The position numbers and the translations under genes are program-made. DNA of 64,000 nt from the NCBI GenBank assembly GCA_964016885.1, contig OZ024750.1:49910001-49974000 (forward strand), given 5' to 3'. Below the pieces are notes generated by a model. That model searched no databases and was not told where the DNA came from. It saw only the letters and a list, made by a program, of their open reading frames with translations. The DNA comes from Eledone cirrhosa (taxonomy: Eukaryota). Below are positions 54,101 to 64,000 of this stretch, in pieces. Position 1 is the first letter of the stretch; each line of letters starts with the position of its first letter.

Positions 54101-56891
54101 TGGACAGCCTATGCTAGACTTAGCTATTTCCCTACAAAGTACTCTATCTAGATATGATCTGGATGACCCTATGCGATATGTCCAATTCCACATTGGCACA
54201 TTCGAGAAATTCAATCGGTACCTGTCAGACAGTTCAAAACGCCTGAGCATGTTGGTGAGGCTCTTGCACCCTCCTCCCCTCTCCGCTAATCCCACACATT
54301 CCCACCGTGCATCTAAAATCCCGTTCCAGTCGCCCACTAACACTAAAGAGCGGGATGTCGCAAGAAAGTTCTCCACACCCCGGAAGAAGTCAGGCCGCCC
54401 TGCTCCTGTCGGGGCATAGACGGCCACTAGCCTGAAAGATTGCCCATCTCCGCTGGTCACGTCCAGTACCACCAACTTACCTTCTGGGTCCAGGAAGATG
54501 GCCCGTATGGCGAGATCCTAACCTCTCCGAAAAAGTACAGCAACTCCACCCCCCGATCAAGGACGGCTGGGAGAAGCGTACACATCGTATCTGCCGAAGA
54601 TCGTTCGAAGGCCCGTGCTTCGGTGATTCTGGTCTCGCTGATGGCCACTACATCTATGTTTAGTGACCTGGGGACGTTGAGCAGGTGGCCCTGCTTCAAT
54701 GACGACCCCAAGCCACGCGCATTTATGCTGGCTATTGTGAGTGAGGTCATGTTGAAATGGAGTGGAAAATATAGGAACGACCACTTATCTTAACTTCTCG
54801 TAGAGGAAGGATGGTTTCTCCATCCTTTTCATTGCTTGTGGCCTCCTCCGGAAGGATGTCCTTATAAAACTCCTGGAGAGTGCTTGTCGGAAGTCTCCGA
54901 TGTCTTTGTGGAATTTTTGTTTTAGTGTCGTCTACGTGTATTGTATGTGATTTGTATGTGTGGAGATGGTGTGAACTTTTTGGTTGTTGTGTAGTCTTTT
55001 TCTGTGATGCTGGTGTTGTGTTGGATGTAGTGTAATATTTGGTTGTTGTTCAATTGTAATGCTGTGTAGTGTGTATGGTTTTGGTTGTTTTCTTTTGTTT
55101 CCGTTTGTTGTGGGTTTGTTTCTGTTTCGCTTTTTGGTGACTTTTGTTGTGTTGGTGATTGTGGTGTTGGGGTTAATGATGGTGATGGTGTTGGTGTTTG
55201 TGGTGATGGGTTTTGTGATGCTGGTGTGGATGGTGGCATATATGTCCTAACTTTTTTGTTTGATACTTTATTAGTTTCCCGCTGTATTTTGTTTTTGGAG
55301 GGGGAAGGAATTGGATTTTTTCTTTTTTGATTTCTTTTTCTTTTTTTTCTTTTTTCCTGATACCGTTTCCCACTTCTCGTCGTCACAATCTGTCTCCAGT
55401 TGCGATAGGTCGGGTAGTGGTAAATCCTCTACAGGCGTTGGTTTTGGTTGTGGCGTGGTGGATGGTGTAGGCGCTGATGCTAGTTCTGGCACGTTGGGTG
55501 GTTGGGGTGTTGCTTTTGCCACTGTTGCTGGGGTTGTTGCTGCTACAGTTGCTTCTGTTGTTGCTGCTACAGTTGTTGCTGCTATTTCTGCTGCTGGTGG
55601 TGTTGATGGTTGAGTCACTGGAGTGGGTAAGAGAGGTGGCCTCAACCTTTTAGCCTGAGGGCAGAAATCCCTTAGGTGATTTCCTTGACCACAAACGGCA
55701 CACCTAGGCCTTCTGCCCTCGACGATTACGGTGAGGTGGCTGCCGTCAGTGAGGTCTATTACCTCTAGGATCTGCTCAATGCTTCTTTGGTCCGCTCGGA
55801 TCAGGATTCCATCCCAGATCCCGACCAGTTCTTCTGCTTTTCTTCGCTATTTCGATTAGGTTGGTGTTGGCCTCGATGCCGGCTAGGCCGGCAGCCATTA
55901 GCCAGGGAATTTCGATGGCCGGTGGAACGTGGGTCATGCTGATCTTCACGAGTCTCTGGCCATAATAGCTTGGGACGTGTATGAAGTCGTCACTTCTGAA
56001 TGGGGCCATGGAGTGTTCTCTGGCCTACTGTAGTATTCCAAAGAACACGTTCACAGTTCCATATTTCTGCCCACGTCTGATGTGGGGGTTTTTTGTCCAC
56101 ACATGTCCGAAAGATTTTTGGATTTGGGACTCAGATGCCCGTTCCACTCGGCGCGATTTTATGTTAATCGTCCGATAAGACACAGTGCATAGGCGCCGAT
56201 GCTCCTTTTTATTTGGTGGTGGTGGAGGGGGGATGAGGCTGACAATGTACCTATCTTTCTTTACCATTCTCTTGGCTTCATCTAATTCCTCCTAGTTACC
56301 TGGATTGTTTCGCATTTATTGGCTGCCTTCGCAAATTAAAAGATGTTATTCCCATTGTTGTTGTTGCTGTTGTTGTTATTGTTCAGTTGTGGTGGTGGTG
56401 GCGTCAGTGGTGTTCGGGGTGGAAGAGTCCATTCTGGGTGAATCCATTTCGATATCACGAGATAATTTTTTTCTCTTGTCGCTGTGGTGGTGGTGGGGGT
56501 GGCAGCTTCAACACCTACAGTCATTGGTAATGGCCGAAAATGAATGTCTGCATGAGACAAATTTAAAATATTGCTACTGCTTATATTTTTAGTGTTGGCC
56601 AACGTAGTAATATTTACAATGGTGGTGTCGGTGTGAGGTGTTAGTTTGTGAGGAAGGTGTGACTGTGAGTCGTCCATGATTTTTTGAAAGAAATTTCTGT
56701 TTGATAATTATAAAAGTTTAAATTTTGGGCTCAAGGCCCCAATCTTTTTGAGTGTCCTTTTCAGAAAATAATGTATGTGCACTTATATACAATTAACAAT
56801 AAACAAATTTCCGCAAATAGCAATTTTAAACAACTGAAAACAACAAGCTTTTGCAGAGCTCACGATAATACGATTTCCTACGTAGGTCGCC
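51149..56891 (-). mobile_element. Tx1-clade LINE copy 2, full length (about 5.7 kb), frameshifted
   Basis: ORF1 with zinc knuckle; APE (IASINARGL, AISET, AVYAP, GDWN, YLDR, TDH); RT (KSPGLDG, DQSKAFDRI, VRQGCP); (AAT)n on both sides on the plus strand. Confidence 0.93.
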
Positions 56892-56912
56892 AATAATAAT
56901 AATAATAATAAT

Positions 56913-57022
56913 AATTGTTTCTACTTTAGGCACAAGGCCAGCAAATACCCAATGCATTACTGGTACTTTATTTTATCGACCCCGTAAGGATGAAAGCAAA
57001 GTCAACATCGGCGGGATTTGAA
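56913..57022 (-). mobile_element. SINE, 5'-truncated at the B box, with its tail abutting the Tx1 5' end
   Basis: Reverse complement of ttcaaatcccgcc...gtagaaac(aat)n. Confidence 0.88.
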
Positions 57023-57039
57023 TAGTGACTGATAGTAGG

Positions 57040-57950
57040 GAGCCAATACTCAGAATTGTACTGAACTAGAAGACGATAGACCAAGGGATGTCCAAGGAAG
57101 AAATAACAACAAGTAGAAAGAGCAACGTTCATGAAAATCCCTTCATAGTACCTTCTTTGAGAAAACTGAATTAAGAGATCCACAGACATGGAACTGGTCG
57201 AAAAGAGGAGACCTTAAAAAGGCTACAGAAGGAATGCTAATGGCTGCGCAAGAGCAGGCCCTCAAAACGAAGTGGCTGAAACACCATATTTACAAGGATG
57301 AGGCTAGCCCACTGTGTAGGATCTGTGGAGAGAGAGAGGAGACTGTGGCTCACATTGTATCCGATTGTAAACACCTAGCCCAGACTCACTATAAAGGCTG
57401 GAGACATGATGTGATTGGCAGGGTGATCCACTGGCACCTATGCAAAGTAAACAATTTACCACATTCTGAGAAGTGGTATGAGCATAAGCCAGAGTCGGTG
57501 ATGGAAAACGCTCAGGTGAAGCTGCTGTGGGATTTTAGGATACAGACGGACAATAAACTGGAACACAATAGACCTGACCTGGTGGTTTTGGACAAGGGAA
57601 AATGATCGTGCCTGATTGTTGATGTGGCCTGCCCATTCGACACGAGAGTGCAAGACAAGGAGAGGGAGAAAATTAACCGATTCCAGGACTTAAAGTGGGA
57701 GGTAAAAAGGATTTGGAACTGCCGTGAGGTTAAAGTGGTCCCAATTGTCATAGGCGCAATAGGTACTATCTCAAGGAGTTTCCAGGGATGGTTAAAGACA
57801 ATTGGTCCCACCCAGCTTTTTGGAACACTTCAAAAGGCATGCTTGCTGGGAACATCAAGAACCCTCCGATACGTCCTGAATATCTGAGGTTGCAGGTAGT
57901 GGCTTAATATTCATTTCAACAAACTTTCCAGTTAAATAACATCGATGATC
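57040..57950 (+). mobile_element. R4/Dong-type LINE 3' fragment (CCHC plus RLE)
   Basis: AAQEQAL, CRICGEREETVAHIVSDC, RHD, HNRPDLVV, DVACP, VPIVIGAIG; paralogous to 59700-60600. Confidence 0.9.
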
Positions 57951-58130
57951 GTTTCTACTTTAGGCACAAGGCCAGCAAATACCCAGTGCATTACTGGTAC
58001 TTTATTTTATCGACCCCGTAAGGATGAAAGGCTAACCTCGGCGGGATTTGAACTCAGATCGTAAATGGACGTAACTATGCTGGAAAACATGGCGTCCGAA
58101 CCTCTACTGACACTGCCAATCCTCTGCCCT
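57951..58130 (-). mobile_element. Near full-length SINE
   Basis: A box, B box and core on the minus strand. Confidence 0.88.
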
Positions 58131-58155
58131 AATATTAATAATAATAATAATAGTA

Positions 58156-60614
58156 ATGCTGTCTGCTAATAAGATGCTGTTTGGACAGCTTGAGGGGAAA
58201 GAAAGAGGCAACGACTTGATCCCTGGGGCGGAGCAAACTAAAACATTCTGGAGAGGAATATGGGAGCAGGATGTTAGACACAATGCCAAGACAGGGTGGA
58301 TTGAGACAGTACAGAGGGAGATCGGTGAGCAGGCACAACAACAAACTGATTTGAGTATCACAGTTGAAACTCTTAAGGGGCAGGCCAAAAAACTAACCAA
58401 CTGGAAATCACCAGGCCCAGATGGTGTGCAGGGGTATTGGATTAAACATTTAACATCCCTCCACCCGAAGCTGACGGCCATGTTCAAAGACTGCTTGGTG
58501 TCGGGTGAGGTGCCAGAGTGGTTGACAAAAGGTACCACAGTTCTGATAATGAAAGACCGAATCAAGGGTAATGATGTTACCAACTATAGATCTATCACAT
58601 GTCTGTCCGTAATGTGGAAACTGTTGACGAGCATTGTGTCTGAGGAAATCTACCATCACCTCCACACAAACAACTTGTTACCGGACGAACAGAAAGGATG
58701 CCGAAAGAAGTCACGTGGTACAAAGGACCAGTTACTTATTGATAAGATGGTAATGGGGAATTGCAGGAGGAGACACACTGATCTTGCCATGGGATGGATA
58801 GACTACAGAAAGGCATTTGACATGGTGCCTCATTCCTGGATCACCAAAAGCCTGGAGATCTTCAGGGTGGCAGATAACATCAGACAGTTGCTAGGCAGGA
58901 GTATGGGGTCCTGGGAGACAGAGTTGACATCAACTGGAGTATCCTTGGGAAGCGTGAAGATCAAGAGAGGTATCTTCCAGGGAGATAGCCTGTCCCCTCT
59001 GTTGTTTGTCCTTGCCCTGATGCCCTTGACCATTATGCTGCGAAAAGTGAGAGCAGGATACAAGTTGGGAAGGGGAGAGCTTACCATCAATCACCTCCTC
59101 TTCATGGACGATCTTAAGCTCTTCGGGAAAAGTGAGAAGGAGTTGGATGTGCTTGTTGACACTGTCCGTATTTTCAGCAGTGATATATGTATGCAGTTTG
59201 GTATTGGTAAATGTGGAGTCATTGTGATGAAGAGGGGTAGGTTGAGCAGAAGTAACGGGATCCAGATACCAACAGGTGAGATGATAAAGGAAATTGACTC
59301 TGAGGAAGGATACAAGTATTTGGGCGTTCTGGAGGCTGATGGCATAAAGAACAAAAAAATGAAGGAATTGTTAAGAACTGAATACATTCGGAGAGTAAGG
59401 AGCGTATTGAAGTCACATCTGAACAGCAGAAATGCCATAAGCGCAGTAAATTCCCGAGCTGTGTCTATTATTAGGTACAGTGCGGGAATTCTGAGATGAA
59501 ATGTTGCTGAACAAAAAGAAATGGATAGGAAGACTAGGAAGCTATTGACTATCTACAACATGTTCCACAAGAGGAGTGATGTCGATAGACTCTACCTAAG
59601 GAGACCTGACGGTGGAAGAGGTCTTATCAGCATAGAGGACTGTGTTCAGATGGAGAAAAACAACCTATACAAATACGTGACCTATAGTAAGGAGCCAATG
59701 CTCAGAACTGTACTGAAGGAGGGGACAGTAGGCCAGGGGATGTCCAAGGAGGAAATGACATCAAGGAGGAAGAGCAGCCTTAAGGGAAAATCCCTTCATA
59801 GTACCTTCTTGAGAAAACTGAATTTAGAGATCCACAGACATGGAACTGGTTGAGAAGAGGAGACCTCAAAAAGGCTACAGAAGGAATGCTAATGGCTGCG
59901 CAGGAGCAGGCCCTCAAAACGAAGTGGTTGAAGCACCATATCTACAAGGAGGAGGCTAGCCCACTGTGCAGGATCTGTGGAGAGAGAGAGGAGACTGTGG
60001 CTCACATTGTGTCCGAGTGTAAACACCTAGCCCAGACCCACTATAAGGGCTGGAGACACGATGTGATGGGCAGGGTGATCCACTGGCACCTGTGCAAAGT
60101 AAATAAATTTACCACATTCTGAGAAATGGTATGAGCATAGGCCAGAGGTGGTGATGGAGAACAATCAGGTGAAGGTGCTGTGGGATTTTAGGATACAGAC
60201 GGACAAAAAACTGGAACACAATAGACCTGACCTGGTGGTTGTGGACAAAGAAAAAAGATCGTGTCTGATTGTGGATGTGGCCTGCCCGTTCGACACGAGA
60301 GTGCAAGAGAAGGAGAGGGAAAAAATTAACCGATACCAGGACCTAAAGTGGGAGGTGAAAAGGATTTGGAACTGCCACGAAGTCAAAGTGATCCCGATTG
60401 TCATAGGCGCACTGGGGACTATCTCCAAAAGTTTCCAGGGATGGTTAAAGAAAATCGGCCCCTTCACGCTTTTTGGAACGCTTCAAAAGGCATGCTTGCT
60501 TGGAATAGCAAGAACCCTCCGATACGTCCTGAATATCTGAGGCTGCAGGTAGTGGCTTGATATTCAATCCAACGGACTTTCCAGTTAACCAACATCAATG
60601 ACTGAGATTCAAGG
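58156..60614 (+). mobile_element. R4/Dong-type RLE LINE, 5'-truncated, few lesions, within (AAT)n
   Basis: 447-aa open RT (WKSPGPDGVQGYW, WIDYRKAFDMVPHSW, RGIFQGDSLSP, FMDDLKLF); one in-frame TGA at 59497 and about two frameshifts; CCHC and RLE; (AAT)n at 58136-58157 and 60615-60647. Confidence 0.93.
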
Positions 60615-60647
60615 AATAACAACAATAATAATAATAATAATAATAAT

Positions 60648-63600
60648 GGTTTATTTGTTTGCCACAAGGGCTAACATGAAGAAAAACATTACACATGGCA
60701 CAGAACAGTACAGGGCGATACAAATTGGGTTTTTGTCGTGTAATTAGGTTATAACAAGATAGAAATCGGTATAGAAATAAAAAAAATCAAACAAAAATTC
60801 CCCAAGAAGGGCGAAACCTCCAAAGGTCACACGTAGTGAAAACCACACAAAAGACCACGGCCACCCTGACCACCAGGGTAAGCGCCCTCTCTCACTTTTC
60901 CCACTCCTCAGGCGCATACTCAGAGCGGGCCCGTTCACTCGGACCAGACTCGCAATTTTCACCCACCTTTCAACAAACTTACCAGAAAACAGCACTTACC
61001 TATCCACCCTGATTTTCCTCTTCGAGTGAAACTTGAAAAAGTTAATCAGAGATTGGCCGACGAGGAAAGTGTCCGTCTTCAACACTTTCAACCTTATTCA
61101 CCACACAATCTCTTTCGCCATAGCCACGAGGCAGATTAAAACTGCCTTACCTTCCTCCTCTTTAAAGGAGGATGGCTGGTCTATCTGCACACTGGACTCA
61201 ATCGACAACCGGATACGTCCTACACGCGACAGCAGCTGTTCGTCATAGCTCCACAAATCAGCAATCCTCGGGCACTGAACATGTGCGTGCACAACGGTTT
61301 CGTCATCCTGCGCGCATCTCCGACATGCTCGGCTGACGGCACATCCGGTAGCACTGCCAGGATAGGGATTTCTGGAAGATATCCATAACCTTCGGGTACT
61401 GAACGAGAGCGTGCAGAATCCAGCGCGCTACGACGCTGTCGGACGGCATGGACTTGCCTCTCCAGGTGCCAAGCTGCAAGCCCACCGACTGTTGCTGGTT
61501 TATCTTTGTTCCTGTCACCGCTTCGTATTCTTTAAGAGCATCAGGACGTGTTTGGTGCTCGACACCACCACGGTGACGTCGTCGGCGTAAGCTGACACGG
61601 ATCTCCCGCATCCCAGTTTGAGTGGGACCCCCTCACATCGTCTCCAATTTGTTCAGTAACGGTTCGAGGTCCAGTACGTAAAAGAGGGACGAGCGGAGGC
61701 AGCGCTGGCGGACCGAGTGCATGAAGCTGAAAGGCTGCGACAGGTGACCATTCACCCTCACAATCGTAATTGATCAGGGACCCACCCGTTGCAGTTTTCT
61801 TAACCACCCTCTCTATGATGTATCGCATGAGATGGAGGTTGTCGGGGATGGATCTCCAGAATGACGCATGTCTGCGCCTCTCCCACCAGATCACCGCCGA
61901 TAAGCGCCAATCTCTTTTTTAACACTTTAATATTAAACTCTGCGTTTAGCAGAGTTATGGGCCTGAAGTTGTCTATAACGTCCCCCTTGTTCTCAGCAGC
62001 GCCACCGCTCCCCGGCTCACAAACTGGGAATGCTACCATTCTGCTACCAGTTAAAGTAGACATCTGCCAAGAGGTCGCCGAACAAGTCTGGCATATACGC
62101 ATAAAGCTCGTAAGGCAGTACATCCAAAGCTGGCGATTTACCACTCGTGCAGTCAGACATCGCTTCCCTTATATCATCTGATGTTATCGGCTTTTCACAG
62201 CATGCGCTGCAGTCGTCGAGAGCCGCGGGAGTCCGTCGAGGTATGCACCGAAGTCCATACTCCGATCCGGCCCACCGCCGCTCGCGAACATTTGAGCAAA
62301 GTGCTGTTGAAAAGCCGCACATATCTGCTCTGGTTCGAGCAACATGCGCCCGTTTTGATCAGGCAAAGACCGGTTTGTGGACTTGTTGCCACGTCGCACC
62401 TACACCACCCGGGCCCATTGAACGGGTTTCGTCCTGTCGTCTCTTAGTGCACGCGCTCTAGCTCTGACAACGCAGCCTTCTTGCTTTGCGTTGAAGAATT
62501 GGTCGAGTGCCAATCTCGCCGCAAACACGTCGGTTGCGATGCCTGTCGTAAACGCCTCTTCTAGCTTTCTAACTAACTCTCCCTCTACTCTATTTTCCTC
62601 TATCACTACTCCTTTGCTAAACCTTATCGATTCTATTCTAATAGCCCTTTTCAGGGTAAACCACCACCTGTTGTTGACGATTCCACCCGTCAACGCATGC
62701 GTAACTAATTCGCTAATCCGGTTCCTGTAAGCTTCGCGCGCCGGGAACGACGCATTCAGCTGCCAATAACCGGGCCCTTGCCTCTGGAGTCTATCTAAGT
62801 CAACTTCACAGATCACAAATTTGTGGTCCGTGTAGTCGACTACTTTAAATTGTGGACAACCTACACTAGGCTTATCTGTTTCCCTACAGAATACCCTATC
62901 TAAAAACGATCTGGATGACCCGATGCAGATTGCCCATGTCCACATTGGCACATTCGCATAATACAGTCTATACTTGTCAGATAGTTCAAAACGTCTGAGC
63001 AGGTTGTTGAGGCTTGTGTACCCTCCTGCCCTGTCTACTAGCCCCAGATAATCCAAGCGTGCCTCTAAGATATTGTACCAGTCGCCCACTAACACTAAAG
63101 AGCGGGACGTTCCAAGAAAGTTCTCTAGACGTCTGAAGAAATCTGGCCGTCCTGCCCCTTTTGGGGCATAGACGGATACTAACCTGAAAGCATTGCCTGC
63201 ACCACCGACTTACCTTCTGGGTCCAGGAAGATGGCCCATATGGCGAGATCCAAGCCTCTCCTAAAATGCACGGCAACCCACTCCCCCCGATACTGGACGG
63301 CTGGGAAATGCGTATATATCGTAGCCGCCGAAGATCGGTGCGAAGACTCGTGCTTCGGAGATTCTGGTCTCCCTGATGGCCACCACATCTATGTTTAGTG
63401 ACCTGAGGTTCTTGAGCACGTGACCCTGCTTCCAAGATGACCCCCAGGCCACGTACATTTATACCGCCCATTCTAAGTACGGCGATGTTGGATGAGAAAC
63501 GTGGTAAGTGAGAAAGGATTACTTACCTTGATCGTGTGGTGAAGGGACTGTAGAACCGTCCCTTTGGCTGGTCATGGGTGTTTCCAAGAGGATGTCGGTG

Positions 63601-64000
63601 TATCTCCTTTTGGTAACCGACCCTCTGAAGTTTCCAACTGCGTTGGGGAATTTTTCTTTCAACAGTTTGTAACGTTCTATTTTGATTTTAATTATGTTTA
63701 TGTTTTTCGGGAGAGTTCTTGGTGGTGCTGGTGTATAGTAGCTTTTTTCTTTGATGTCTGTGTGCTGCTTTATATGTTGTAAGAGTTCTTTATTTGCCAT
63801 GATTATGGCTGTGTACTTTTTTGGGGGGGTGGGGGGGATTTTGTACTGTTTTCTTGTTGTTGATGTTGGGTGTGTGTGTTTTATTGTGTTTGCGATGTTG
63901 GTGTTTTTGGTGATGCTGCTAGTGGTGTGGTTGTTGTTGGGGGTGATTCTTGTGGTGGTGATGGTGATGGTGGTGATGTTACTGAAAGTCTCCTTGCAGC
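60648..64000 (-). mobile_element. Tx1-clade LINE copy 3, diverged subfamily with deletions, continuing past the right edge
   Basis: APE (INVRGL, AIRET, GDW, FLDR, TDH) and RT pieces (NFRPITLLN); 3' end cccttgtggcaaacaaataaacc(att)n. Confidence 0.9.

Overview
This is an AT-rich eukaryotic window made almost entirely of transposable elements and microsatellites. I can support no host protein-coding gene, rRNA, true tRNA or CRISPR array. The (TA)n/(ATT)n/(CATA)n richness and the dominant SINE look like a mollusc, probably an octopod (inference only). It contains four Tx1-clade (L1 group) LINEs, several R4/Dong-type RLE LINEs, Penelope-like RT/GIY-YIG remnants and an RTE fragment. It also contains two Helitrons, a deleted mariner, about ten copies of one tRNA-derived SINE, and several fold-back or hairpin elements. 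Main results of the hunt: (1) about 11 type I hammerhead-ribozyme motifs, folded by eye, in short non-coding elements between 10 and 44 kb, mostly beside (TA)n arrays and several with an unusual pyrimidine-pyrimidine closure of stem II; (2) microsatellite partitioning, with one R4-type family bounded by (CATA)n, another by (AAT)n, Tx1 and the SINE by (ATT)n, and hammerhead, hairpin and Helitron elements by (TA)n; (3) a 3'-terminal motif shared by the SINE and Tx1, suggesting a SINE-LINE partnership; (4) two unclassified asymmetric hairpin element families whose arms co-vary. All structures and alignments were made by eye. No ribozyme activity and no novelty relative to databases has been verified.
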